In this document: positions 9,050 to 18,823 of the stretch, piece after piece
How the letters are laid out: each line of letters starts with the position of its first letter
Position numbering within the stretch: position 1 is the stretch's first letter
Assembly (NCBI GenBank): GCA_002789955.1
Contig: PFUG01000609.1
Coordinates: 3,635-67,634 of the forward strand
DNA from: Deltaproteobacteria bacterium CG_4_9_14_3_um_filter_63_12
Lineage (GTDB): Bacteria; Myxococcota_A; Bradymonadia; UBA4248; UM-FILTER-63-12
Direction: 5' to 3'
Length of the DNA: 64,000 nucleotides
Program-made: the position numbers and the translations under genes
The notes under the pieces: generated by a model
Databases searched by the model: none
Told to the model about the DNA's origin: nothing
Seen by the model: the letters and a program-made list of their open reading frames with translations, nothing else

Positions 9050-9598
9050 ATGCCCAAGGTGGTTACAAGAGAACCGATGAGCGTGCTGGAGCGATCCTTC
9101 GTTCCGGAGATCATTCGGGGACTGAGCACTACGATCAAGCACTTCTTCCACGCCGCCTCGGGGCAGAACTACCACGAGAAGCAGCACCTGTGGTTCCTCA
9201 ACAAGGGAAACGTCACCTACAACTATCCTGAGGATGTTAGGACGTACCCCAAGCGATACCGCGGTCAGCATCGGCTGATGCTGCGCGAAGACGGCAACGT
9301 CCGTTGTGTCGCCTGCATGTGTTGCTCGACCATCTGCCCAGCCAACTGCATCCACATCACTGCGGCGGAGAGCGACGACCCCTCGGTCGAGAAATATCCC
9401 GCCTCGTTCGTGATCGACGAGCTCAGGTGCATCTTCTGTGGCTTCTGTGTCGAGGCTTGCCCCTGTGATGCGATCCGCATGGATACCGGCCTCCATGTGC
9501 AACCCTTCCTTGACCGCAATAACGCCTACTACGGAAGAGACCTCTTGATGGAGCTCGGTGAGTTGAGCGTTGCGATCCAGGGCGGAGACAAGAGCTGA
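9050..9598 (+). CDS. nuoI: NADH-quinone oxidoreductase subunit I (2x[4Fe-4S] ferredoxin)
   Basis: Two CxxCxxCxxxCP motifs, CVACMCCSTICP and CIFCGFCVEACP. Confidence 0.85.
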   Translation: MPKVVTREPMSVLERSFVPEIIRGLSTTIKHFFHAASGQNYHEKQHLWFLNKGNVTYNYPEDVRTYPKRYRGQHRLMLREDGNVRCVACMCCSTICPANCIHITAAESDDPSVEKYPASFVIDELRCIFCGFCVEACPCDAIRMDTGLHVQPFLDRNNAYYGRDLLMELGELSVAIQGGDKS

Positions 9599-9636
9599 GT
9601 CGGTCTCCCGGCAGCTCTCCGACATCATCCAAAACG

Positions 9637-10599
9637 ATGAACGCACCCGACTCCGCTCGCCAAGCCGCCCCAACCTCCAGACGGCGCCGCGCCCAGAGCG
9701 TTGAAGTCTGGGTTGGTGCCGGCCTAGCGGTGCTGCTGCTGCTGTTGGTGCCGCTCTCCATCTATCTTCAAGACTCGGTGCGCAGCGCTCTGACTCCGGC
9801 CGCCGATTGGCAGGCGGCCGCTGCAGCGGTCAGGGCAGAGTACCAACCAGACGACGTGATTCGGGTTATCCCCATCTGGTCTGACGACGTCCGTGTCTTC
9901 CTCGATGGGGCTCAGTTCGACCTCTCACCCGAACCGCGGACCGATACTCTCGACAGGTACAAGAGAATCTGGCTCGTCGCCGGGCTGGGAAGAGGCGAGG
10001 AGGCCGTCAAGGCGATCCCCGAGCGCTACACGCTCGTCGAGCAGCAGTCCTTTGGAAACGTCGTTGTTGCGCGTTTCGATGTCCCGCCCACCGCCAAGCC
10101 CAAGTACGACTTTCTGGAGCATGTCGCGGACGCAGAGGTGTCTCGCCTCGCGCCGTCAAAGCCCGCTGAGCCTTGCACGCTCTGGCGCAAAGACGCATGG
10201 CATTGCGGGCGCTTCGACAAGCACCTTAACGTCGGCGTCAGGGTGCGAGACATGAACAACGAGGCGCGCACCTGCATCTACGCTCCTCCTGTCCCAGAAT
10301 ACGCCTGGCTGGAGATTGAGTTCGACGACGTACCCATTGATGCCACACTGATTGGCCGAGTGGGAATGGACAACAAGGCGCTGCGCTCGACCCGCGGCAG
10401 CGTGACCGAGTTCGAGCTGCTCGTGGACGGTGCCCCCTTGATGCACCTCAACCTCTTGCCCCGAGATCCAGAGTTCAAGGAGTTCTCCGTCGACACAAGC
10501 ACGCTCGCCGGAAAAGCCGGAAAGGTGACCTTCAGAGTCCGCGCCAAGGACTTCTTCGATCGATTCCTCTGCTTCACGGCGCAGGTCCCGTCACCATGA
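9637..10599 (+). CDS. hypothetical membrane-anchored (single N-terminal TM) periplasmic protein
   Basis: 320-aa ORF with an N-terminal Arg-rich segment followed by a hydrophobic helix (VWVGAGLAVLLLLLVPLSIYL). It is translationally coupled to the next gene by a 4-bp overlap. No recognisable domain. Confidence 0.5.
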   Translation: MNAPDSARQAAPTSRRRRAQSVEVWVGAGLAVLLLLLVPLSIYLQDSVRSALTPAADWQAAAAAVRAEYQPDDVIRVIPIWSDDVRVFLDGAQFDLSPEPRTDTLDRYKRIWLVAGLGRGEEAVKAIPERYTLVEQQSFGNVVVARFDVPPTAKPKYDFLEHVADAEVSRLAPSKPAEPCTLWRKDAWHCGRFDKHLNVGVRVRDMNNEARTCIYAPPVPEYAWLEIEFDDVPIDATLIGRVGMDNKALRSTRGSVTEFELLVDGAPLMHLNLLPRDPEFKEFSVDTSTLAGKAGKVTFRVRAKDFFDRFLCFTAQVPSP

Positions 10600-12335
10600 C
10601 TCGCCCGCGCTGGGCTAATTCCGAGGTGGATTGGGTGCAGTCTGCGGCGCTGGCGCTGTTGCTGGTCTTTGCGCTCGCAGCTGGCCTAGGTCTCGGCAAC
10701 GATTGGCTCTGGGGACATAACGGCTACAACGGCGCCGCGTTCAGCCAAGCGGCCAGAAATACCCTGCGCTTCGCCGAAATCGGCCAGGCCCAATACTGGA
10801 CTGCTCCGACCCCGCCCCCCAGTGAGATCATCTACGCTCACCACCCACTCCTCCTGCATCTGCACGTCGCGGTGATGTTCGTCCTCTTTGGAGAACATGA
10901 GTGGGCGGCCCGACTGGTGCCAGCCATCTACAGCGTCTTGAGCGCTGCGATGCTGTACTTTCTCGTTCGCCGTTTGTGGGGAAGTCGGGTCGCCGTCGTG
11001 TCGCTCTTCGTCTTCGTGTGCCTGCCCATCGACCTCATCTACGCCAACATGGTGGACCATGAGCAGGGCTCGATCTTCTGGTCCCTCGTCATGCTTCACC
11101 ACTATCTGCGGCTTCGCGAGACCGGAGCACGCCGAAACCTGTGGGGATTGTTGGCGGCGACGTTCATGGCTTGCCAGTTCGATTGGCCCCCCTACTACAT
11201 CGCGTTCTTCCTCTTCCTGCACGCCCTCGTGGGTGGGCTGCGCAGACACCCAGTCAAACTCCGGCAGACCGCGGAGTTCAGCTTCCTTGTCGTCTTCGGG
11301 GCCTTTGTCTTGGTCAACTTCTTTGGCTATTTCCTGTGGATCTTCCTAAAGATGGGGTCCCTCCGAAACATGGTGGACTCCTTCGTATCGAGAAGCGCTT
11401 CGCCGGACGACATCTGGTCTCAAACCCTGACCAGACTGCCGGACATGTTTCCGGCTTTGGTGCTCAGCCTCGCCGCTTTCTGGCTCATCTCATTCTTGGT
11501 TCGTTTGGGCCGTGGGCAGTCGCAAATGAGAGACCTCCTCCCCCTCTCATACTTCCTGGCGCAGACCGTTCATCAAGCGGTGTTCAAGGAAGCCGGCTAC
11601 CTTCACGTCTACTGGTTCTATCACGCCGCGCCTTTCGTCTCGGTGGCTTCGGGCATCGCGCTCGTCGCCAGCGCCAGATTCGTCACCAACTTCCGCGCTT
11701 TTGACGACTCCGCGTCGCCCTCGGGGGTGCGCCGACTCCTTGTGGCGGCGGCGCTCGGTGCCATCCTGCTCTCGTTGTTTGTCGCTGGCGTTCGCGGGAT
11801 GGCGTGGGCGCGCCCTTTGGAGGGTTCGCCCTACGCTCACAAGGGGCAACAGAACCAAGACCTGGTCTACGTCGCACGATGGCTGGGCGAGCACACTGCT
11901 CGGGATCAGGCCATCCTCTTCCATGAGTCGCTTCCAGTGCGCATCGAGGTCGTGTGGTACTTCGACCGGGTGCACGCCTTGGTCCCTGACCTCGACCTCG
12001 ACGAGCTGCCGGCGGTCATCGGCCCCTGCGAGCCCGCGTATTACGTGCTCGACATCGCCGAAGCCCCGCCTGAGGCCTATCAAGGCTTTCTTCGAGAAGG
12101 ACGGCCCGCGACGCTGATGAATGGTCACATCCTCGCGATCAACCTCAGCACGCTCAGCGACACCCAGGCCCTGAACGAGTCTCTCGAGCTCGTCCAGGAG
12201 GAGCCCACGCTCTGGTCGACTTACTGGAAGAGCCCGTGGGGAGCTCGCGCGCATTGGGTCTCAGAGCCGACCGGGATTGACGTTCTCGCGCGCCTCCGCA
12301 CCATCGACTCGTCCCCCACTGGGCCCTCGCCATGA
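10596..12335 (+). CDS. putative GT-C fold membrane glycosyltransferase (ArnT/PMT-like, GT39/GT83 family)
   Basis: About 12 TM helices. The N-terminal region HHPLLLHLHVAVMFVLFGEHEWAARLVPAIYSVLSAAMLYFLVRRLWG matches the PPL...G.sefa.Rlpsal...lyll.rrl motif of GT39/ArnT-family enzymes. The assignment is by pattern only. Confidence 0.4.
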   Translation: MTRPRWANSEVDWVQSAALALLLVFALAAGLGLGNDWLWGHNGYNGAAFSQAARNTLRFAEIGQAQYWTAPTPPPSEIIYAHHPLLLHLHVAVMFVLFGEHEWAARLVPAIYSVLSAAMLYFLVRRLWGSRVAVVSLFVFVCLPIDLIYANMVDHEQGSIFWSLVMLHHYLRLRETGARRNLWGLLAATFMACQFDWPPYYIAFFLFLHALVGGLRRHPVKLRQTAEFSFLVVFGAFVLVNFFGYFLWIFLKMGSLRNMVDSFVSRSASPDDIWSQTLTRLPDMFPALVLSLAAFWLISFLVRLGRGQSQMRDLLPLSYFLAQTVHQAVFKEAGYLHVYWFYHAAPFVSVASGIALVASARFVTNFRAFDDSASPSGVRRLLVAAALGAILLSLFVAGVRGMAWARPLEGSPYAHKGQQNQDLVYVARWLGEHTARDQAILFHESLPVRIEVVWYFDRVHALVPDLDLDELPAVIGPCEPAYYVLDIAEAPPEAYQGFLREGRPATLMNGHILAINLSTLSDTQALNESLELVQEEPTLWSTYWKSPWGARAHWVSEPTGIDVLARLRTIDSSPTGPSP

Positions 12336-13894
12336 AGTGCTTCCTCGCTCGGCCATATTTGGTCTTCTCATTCGCGCTGCTGGCGTTATTGTTGAGCAAT
12401 ATTGGCGTTCTGCGTTCTCGTCTGCCAGTCTTCGACGCGCCCGCTCTCGGCAGCGTCGACCAGGCCCAGACGCTTTGGGGCGAGGCCGACGCGCCCATGG
12501 TCGCACAACATCATGAGGCCTTTTACTTCGCACAAAAGAAGGTCTTGGGCATCGTCCTCGACGAGCGCTTGGAGTCGCCAGCGAGAGCGCTCCTCTTCAC
12601 TGTCTTGCTGGCCCTTCTCCTCGCCGCACTGATGAGGTCACGCAGTGAGCTGGCGAGCCTCTCGACCTTGGCAGCGTTCGTGTGCACGCCTCTCGTCATC
12701 CTGACGGGTTCCTTTCCAGTGCGAGCGCAGGCCTCTGCGTTCTTCATCATCCTCGCTTTCCTCGCGCTCCAAGAGACGCGGCGACCTGCACCATGGCTCT
12801 TGGCGCTGGCTGGGCTCGGCGCCGTGCTCGCTGACCTCGGTGGCCTCTTTGGCGTCGGCGCGTTGGCGCTGATGGCCAGTTGGCGAACCAAGCGAACAAA
12901 CCTGGAGTTCGATTTTTTCGGTGAGCGTCACGCCAGGACGAGCCCCCCTGCGACGGGCTCAACATCAAAGACGGCGGCGTTGGCAGCGGTCTTCTTGGTG
13001 GGCCTAGGAGCGGCGTTGCTCGAGGGGAGGAGCGTCGAGAGGGTGCTCCAAGTCGTCGATGGGCGTTTCCATTTTGGCTACGACCATCTGCTGCTCGTCG
13101 CGCGTGCAGTCCCGTCACTGCTGCCTCTGCCGGTGGTCGCCGTCACCGCGCTCTGGTCGTGCATCTATCTCCTGCGCCTGTTGCGTGGACAGGCGCGCCC
13201 AGAGGAGGGAATCGTCCCATTGCTGGTGGTGGTCCAAGGGCTCGAGACCGTGGTGGTGCGCGAGCCAGCCTTCGCGCCGAGCCTGTACTATGTCGGGCTC
13301 GCCGGTGCGATCGCCTTTGGCTTCGCGTGTGATGAGCTTTGGAAGGTCTCGAAGCAGTGGCTGGAAGGAGCGAAGCGATGGCTCAGTGCAATGGCGTTGG
13401 GGAGCCTCGGTATGGGTCTGGCCTGGTCGTTGTTCACTGTCGGGTCGCTCTCGCCAGCGGTGCGCATGGACATTCTGGAGGGGTTTCGCATCTGCGTCGT
13501 CGAGGGGCGAGCAAGAACCGCGTTCATCCTGGCCGAAACCCTGGCGAAGGAGGGTGAGACCATCTTCTTTGGCCCTGGAGTGGTCTGCGGGCGGTCTTGT
13601 ATGTCCACCGGCCACACGAAACGCTTCCTCGAGATGCGCTCGTCGACCGATGACGCGGCGCTCCCCAACGAAGGAATGCTCATCGCCAAGGTCGCGCTTC
13701 CCGGTCGACGGGTGTGGGCGAAGTCCGACTTTGTCGTGATGGAGTTGGGGCGCAAAGCGATTTCGCGACCCGCGCCTTACCTGGCGAAGCTGAGCTCCGA
13801 GACGCCTTGGGAACTCTTGAGCCAATACCCGCTCAACGTCTTGACGACCGACGAGGAGGAGACGCCAACGGCGGAGGAGCCTGAGCCTGAGTAA
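12332..13894 (+). CDS. hypothetical polytopic membrane protein
   Basis: 520-aa ORF with a 4-bp overlap on the previous gene. It has multiple hydrophobic helices and an acidic C-terminus (TDEEETPTAEEPEPE). No recognisable domain. Confidence 0.45.
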   Translation: MKCFLARPYLVFSFALLALLLSNIGVLRSRLPVFDAPALGSVDQAQTLWGEADAPMVAQHHEAFYFAQKKVLGIVLDERLESPARALLFTVLLALLLAALMRSRSELASLSTLAAFVCTPLVILTGSFPVRAQASAFFIILAFLALQETRRPAPWLLALAGLGAVLADLGGLFGVGALALMASWRTKRTNLEFDFFGERHARTSPPATGSTSKTAALAAVFLVGLGAALLEGRSVERVLQVVDGRFHFGYDHLLLVARAVPSLLPLPVVAVTALWSCIYLLRLLRGQARPEEGIVPLLVVVQGLETVVVREPAFAPSLYYVGLAGAIAFGFACDELWKVSKQWLEGAKRWLSAMALGSLGMGLAWSLFTVGSLSPAVRMDILEGFRICVVEGRARTAFILAETLAKEGETIFFGPGVVCGRSCMSTGHTKRFLEMRSSTDDAALPNEGMLIAKVALPGRRVWAKSDFVVMELGRKAISRPAPYLAKLSSETPWELLSQYPLNVLTTDEEETPTAEEPEPE

Positions 13895-13966
13895 TACGGG
13901 ACACTATGGGTCCAGAGGCCGCCTCAGCGCCTTTCGAGGCGGGCCACCTAGAGCTTCAGGGGCTCC

Positions 13967-16030
13967 TCAGCGAACTCGAATCACTCGCTTGTTCTCGACC
14001 TTCGGCAGAACGGTAAGGGAGTACATGCGCTTCTTCCCCTTGCCGCTGATTTCGACGTCGTGCTGGCCTTCCCAGAGGTCGACGGTGCCAATTGGGGTCT
14101 TGCCGATCTTCGTGCCATCGATTTGGATCTCGAGACCGTCTGCTGGGTTCGTGACGAGCAGCAGCGAGCCTTTTTCGAAATTGTGGTTGACCTCGTACTT
14201 TCGACCATCGAAGACGTGCACGGAGATCACTTTATCCGCCTTTTCCTTTTTCCCGACGAGCTTGACCTCGTGGTCGCCAGCAGGAAATCCGAGGGTTCGA
14301 GGGGTCGTTCCCAAGGAGCTGCCTTTGTAGAGGATCTTCGCCTGCATGTTGCTCGTGATCCGCACCTCGCCGAATCCTTTGGAGAGGCCTGCGCTGACAC
14401 CAGGGAGGTTCTCGACCTTGATGTTCGCGATGTCTGCGGTCGTAACCACCGTAGAGACGGGTTCGCCCTCGACGGAGTCGTCGGCCGCTGGCTCATTGCC
14501 AGTGTCTGGCTCAACGTCGGGCGCGGCCTGCTGGGTATCGGCGGCGGCGACCGCGACCCTGGTGTCTTGGGCGACGTCAGGCTGCGCCGCAACGGCCCCT
14601 GCGTCCGGTGTCTCGGCAGACGCGACGTCTGGCTCGTCCTTGGCACTGGCCGCGTCGACCTCCGGAGGTTTCGCAGCAGTGTCCTTGCCCGTGGCCTCTG
14701 CGGTCTTCGCTTCGTCGCCACCAGCGAACATCAAATAGGCGAGCGCTCCCCCGCCCCCAATGACCAAAATCGCGATGATGATCACCGCAATCAAGAGACC
14801 GCCGAGCCCTTTCTTCTCCTCGGGCTCGAAGGGTGGCCGCGCGGGTGCAGGGGTTTGCGACTTGGGACGCTGGGTCTTGCCCGGAACCGCCGCCACGGTC
14901 TGGTCGGTCGCCACATTCGGCCCAGTGGACCTTGCCTTAAGCTCCTCGAGGGAGACCTGGTGCGTCGCTCCAGCGCCCAGACCAATCGCGTCGAGGTTGG
15001 GGCTGGAGCTGAACAAATCGGCGAGATAGGTGCTCACCTCGCGGGTGGAGATGAACACACCGCTGCGCTGCAAGTACATCTCGAGGTCGCGCGCCATCTC
15101 CAGTCCGCTGGCGTAGCGTTCGTCTCGGTTCTTTGCGAGGGCTCGGTAGAGAATGGCTTCGAGTTCTTCCGGGAACTGCTCGTCGATCTCTCGTGGGTTC
15201 TTGGGGGGCTGGTGGACAATCGCGGTGATTGCCATCAGGTCACTTTGCGTCCCGAACGGGCGTACGCCGAGCAAAAGCTCGTAGAAGACGATGCCCATCG
15301 CAAAGATATCGCAGCGACCGTCGAGCTCGCCGCCAGCGATCTGCTCTGGGGCCATGTAGCTGAACTTGCCCTTGACGGCTCCAGTCTGGGTCTTGGTCTG
15401 GCTGGTCCTCGCCTTTGCCACCCCGAAGTCGACGAGCTTGACGACCCCGTCCTTGTTGACCAGAAGGTTCTGTGGGCTGATGTCGCGATGCACGAGATGG
15501 AAGGGCTCACCACTGCGTGGATCGCAGAACTCATGCGCGTAGTGGAGACCTTGAAGGGCGTCAGCGATGATCCGCGCGGCGATGGGAGGCGGAACCCGCT
15601 TCCCAAAGCTCATGGCCCTCTCGATGATCTCGGAAAGGTCGTTGCCGTCGATGTACTCCATGGCGATGAAGTAGGTACCGTCGACCTCGCCCAGATCGTA
15701 GATTTGGACAATGTTGGCGTTGTTGAACTGGGCGGCAATGCGCGCCTCGTCCAAGAACATCTCGACAAACTTCTTGTCATCGGCGAGGTGCGGAAGGATC
15801 CGCTTGATGACGAGCTGTTTGTGAAAACCTCCTGGCCCCTCTTGAGAGGCAAGGAAGATCTCGGCCATCCCACCCTGAGCAAGCTTGCGCTCCAGGGTGT
15901 ACTTCCCAAGGGTGCTTTTCTGTTCCGCGTCGATACTCACAGACCAAGGCTCCCGTAGAAGGTGCTCGAATTCGAGCCGGTGGTCTGGATCTCCGTCGAT
16001 CGACGGACGTTCTAGGCGCGGCCAATCCAT
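13967..16030 (-). CDS. membrane Ser/Thr protein kinase with extracytoplasmic PEGA-like repeats
   Basis: Hanks kinase motifs (GGMAEIFLA...VIKR, HRDISPQNLL, DFGVAKA, SYMAPE). A TM helix GLGGLLIAVIIIAILVIGGGGALAYLMF. The C-terminal region has two repeats resembling PEGA domains. Confidence 0.85.
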   Translation of the reverse strand: MDWPRLERPSIDGDPDHRLEFEHLLREPWSVSIDAEQKSTLGKYTLERKLAQGGMAEIFLASQEGPGGFHKQLVIKRILPHLADDKKFVEMFLDEARIAAQFNNANIVQIYDLGEVDGTYFIAMEYIDGNDLSEIIERAMSFGKRVPPPIAARIIADALQGLHYAHEFCDPRSGEPFHLVHRDISPQNLLVNKDGVVKLVDFGVAKARTSQTKTQTGAVKGKFSYMAPEQIAGGELDGRCDIFAMGIVFYELLLGVRPFGTQSDLMAITAIVHQPPKNPREIDEQFPEELEAILYRALAKNRDERYASGLEMARDLEMYLQRSGVFISTREVSTYLADLFSSSPNLDAIGLGAGATHQVSLEELKARSTGPNVATDQTVAAVPGKTQRPKSQTPAPARPPFEPEEKKGLGGLLIAVIIIAILVIGGGGALAYLMFAGGDEAKTAEATGKDTAAKPPEVDAASAKDEPDVASAETPDAGAVAAQPDVAQDTRVAVAAADTQQAAPDVEPDTGNEPAADDSVEGEPVSTVVTTADIANIKVENLPGVSAGLSKGFGEVRITSNMQAKILYKGSSLGTTPRTLGFPAGDHEVKLVGKKEKADKVISVHVFDGRKYEVNHNFEKGSLLLVTNPADGLEIQIDGTKIGKTPIGTVDLWEGQHDVEISGKGKKRMYSLTVLPKVENKRVIRVR

Positions 16031-16206
16031 TGGCCTCGCTCAAACGTCGATCAGGCCCCTTCGAAGCATCGAGATGGTAAGGCAAGGCCGATCAGCGTGT
16101 CAATTGTTGGCCCTCTCTTGGCTGCCGACGCGGGGCGGCTCTGGCAACACCTTTCCGACCCTTTTCTTCGCTGATTACCGCATCAACACAGGCCGCCGTG
16201 GTTTTC

Positions 16207-18483
16207 TTAGGACTCCTCTGGGCGCTCGAATGCATCGCTGGCTTTGGGAAGCGAAATAGTATGCCAGCTCTCGGCGACCTCTCTCGTCCCCATTTTTTCG
16301 CTGGCCCGGATCATCGCCCCTGGCGCTCGGGACCCTGGCGCTGCGACTCCGCCAAAGAGCAGCGCCACAGCTCGACTCACCCGTCGATGCGGGGTCAGCT
16401 CGAAGGTCTCGGCTCGGGAGAGCAATGAACCCAGGAACTCCCTGCTCCTCGGCTCCTGCGATACCGCTGACACCATTCGTTTTTGGTCAAGAGCAACCAA
16501 CACGGCTCGATAACGTTCCGCGCCAATGAGGCTGAGCAGTGCGCTCTGCCACCGCTCGATTTCGGACTCAGTGCCACAGCCGCGCAGCGCCTCGGCAGCC
16601 TCTTCGACTAGTGCGTCTCGCACACCGAGGCGGTTCAGCGCCATCGCCAGCAAATAGTAGCCGGCATCCACGTCGTTGCTGGCACGATGGATGTGCACCT
16701 GCAGGAGCAACAACTCTTCGAGCGAGGTCTCGTCGGCCTGCTCGACGAGCATTTGGATGGCGGCGGTGGACGCCGCGAGGGCATCATCGTGCCGACCAAG
16801 CTCGAAGGCCACTGTGGCCAGCAGGTGTAGGCTCCAAGGGAGCGCGCCATAACTGTCGATGAGCGCACTCGAGAGGCTCCACAGCCAGTCCAGCTCGCCT
16901 CGAGCACCGACCTTTCTCCGAGCAAAGCGCGCGAGCTTCTCGGCCTCCTCGCTGCCCATCTGGGCCACTGCTCGTTCGAGCGCTGCCGAGACCCGAAGCT
17001 GCTCGAACACGATGGAGTCTGACAGCGACGGCTCGAGGGTCTTGGCCGCCATCAACAACGCATTGGCTTGTGTGGGGTCCTCCGTGTGACGAGCCTGCCC
17101 CATGTACGCGTCAGCGATGAGGGCGCGGGTGGCGACGACCGCAGGCACGTCGCCGAGCCGACGCTCGGCCACCTCGAGCCAGCCTTCAGCCTCGACGAGG
17201 AGGTTTCCCTGCACGGCCGCCTGGGCGGTCAAAAGAGCGTCCGAACCAACCTCGTGCCCCAGCTGAAATGCGGCCCTCATTGCGGCAAGCGCGTTGCTCG
17301 CCTCGCCCTCCGCCAGTTCGACCCGCGCAAATCCCGCCAGCGCCTCGGTCGCTTGGGGATCGAGCTCGAGGGCTCGGTCATAGCTCGCCTTCGCACGCCT
17401 CGAGTTGTCCAGCGCCTCAAAACAGCGACCGCGCAACAGGTTCGCAGACAGAGTGTCATCATCCCTCTGGAGCGCAGCCAGTGCGGCCTTGGGAGCCTCG
17501 CCCGCCAGCAAGCGTTCGCAGGTCGCATGGCTATCTTCACGCCGCATCCAAGCTTCGAGGTCAGGAATCGGCGGCGCAAACGCTTCTAGCGTGCGCTTGG
17601 CCTCCTCGAGGTGCCCGCTCTTTTGGGCGAGGACAAAGAACGTCCTCAGGTGACCACCGGAGACAACCCCTGACTCGAACCAGCGAGCCAAAGTCTGGTA
17701 GCAATCCTCCGGAGCCTCCTCCGCCAACTCGAGCACCGCATCGCAGAGCCCTTGCTCCTCGCCCGAGACGGGCTCGCAGCGAAGCTCGTGGAGGCCGATC
17801 CAACCACGTCGCAGTGAGAGCGCTTCGGCAGCGGGGAGGTCACCGATTTCTTCTTGCACGGTCTGCAACCGGCGTCGGAGAAGCGCTTCGTCGTCGCAAC
17901 TCCATTCGACCAATCCAACCGCCAGCTCTCTCCTGGCGCTGCGCACATCCAACCCACGCTCCCGTAGGAGCAGTACGGTGGCGAGAGCTTGTTGTTCGAA
18001 CTGCCGAGCTCGGTCGAGAAACCCGATGACGGAAAGGGCGACTCTGACGATCCCTTGCCCCACTAGAATGTCACCGCTGACGTCGGTGGGTTGCGGATGA
18101 ACGCGGGTGAACCAATCCGTGAGGTGTCGCGCGACCAGGGCCGCGACTTCAGACATCTGGGTCGCTCCGGAGCTGGCGAGCAACACGCTCTCTCGAATCG
18201 CCCAGAGCATCGCGCGAGATTCCTCGATGCCGTCACGGAGCTCAGCCAACGGCGGGAGGTTCAGGTCGGACATCGCGTGTTCGAGAGCGGCGAGCAGCGC
18301 GAGAGGATGGCGTGTGGCCGGAGGCGGCAGCTCGCTCTTCTCCTCTGGTGTCGGTCTGCAGAGCACCCACCACAGAGCCTCCTCGGCGAGGAACGCGGCG
18401 CTGGGAGGCCCCGCCGCCGTTGTGGGTGAAGCTCCCGCGAAGCAGCCTCGCAACAGACCGCCGTTGGTTAGACTCGTTGTCAT
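16207..18483 (-). CDS. TPR-repeat protein
   Basis: Alpha-helical repeat protein with TPR-like stretches (e.g. AKASYDRALELDPQATEALAGFARVELAEGE). The start was chosen at the ATG at 18483, which has an AGGGAG RBS. The longest ORF starts at 18615. Confidence 0.5.
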   Translation of the reverse strand: MTTSLTNGGLLRGCFAGASPTTAAGPPSAAFLAEEALWWVLCRPTPEEKSELPPPATRHPLALLAALEHAMSDLNLPPLAELRDGIEESRAMLWAIRESVLLASSGATQMSEVAALVARHLTDWFTRVHPQPTDVSGDILVGQGIVRVALSVIGFLDRARQFEQQALATVLLLRERGLDVRSARRELAVGLVEWSCDDEALLRRRLQTVQEEIGDLPAAEALSLRRGWIGLHELRCEPVSGEEQGLCDAVLELAEEAPEDCYQTLARWFESGVVSGGHLRTFFVLAQKSGHLEEAKRTLEAFAPPIPDLEAWMRREDSHATCERLLAGEAPKAALAALQRDDDTLSANLLRGRCFEALDNSRRAKASYDRALELDPQATEALAGFARVELAEGEASNALAAMRAAFQLGHEVGSDALLTAQAAVQGNLLVEAEGWLEVAERRLGDVPAVVATRALIADAYMGQARHTEDPTQANALLMAAKTLEPSLSDSIVFEQLRVSAALERAVAQMGSEEAEKLARFARRKVGARGELDWLWSLSSALIDSYGALPWSLHLLATVAFELGRHDDALAASTAAIQMLVEQADETSLEELLLLQVHIHRASNDVDAGYYLLAMALNRLGVRDALVEEAAEALRGCGTESEIERWQSALLSLIGAERYRAVLVALDQKRMVSAVSQEPRSREFLGSLLSRAETFELTPHRRVSRAVALLFGGVAAPGSRAPGAMIRASEKMGTREVAESWHTISLPKASDAFERPEES

Positions 18484-18649
18484 GCGCGCTCCCTCTGCGT
18501 TGCGCAGCCTCGCACACTTTCGCTGCTTATCAGGGACTTGCGGCGCGAAAACCGGTCGTCCGCTCACAGGACTTCTCTTGGTGGACATTGACGACTTACC
18601 ACCTTCGTCCGACATTATCGATTGGATTTCGCGCGCGATACTCGGACCA

Positions 18650-18674
18650 GAGGTGGCTCGATGCGAGCCACCTC
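18650..18674. promoter_or_regulatory. 25-bp perfect palindrome GAGGTGGCTCG-ATG-CGAGCCACCTC in a divergent promoter region
   Basis: Perfect 11-bp inverted-repeat arms around a 3-bp centre. It lies between the divergently oriented TPR gene and the Mo-hydroxylase operon. Confidence 0.4.
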
Positions 18675-18823
18675 GCGTCCCTACACGCGATCGACCCTGA
18701 CAGCTGTGTTTGACACTCCTTCGCTGGCCCGACTATTCTCCGCCGGCTCCTCGTCCGTCTTCTCGCGCGCAACTCGGCTGCGCATTTGGAGCGGTCGACA
18801 GAACGCCGACGCCGGAGGCCCTG

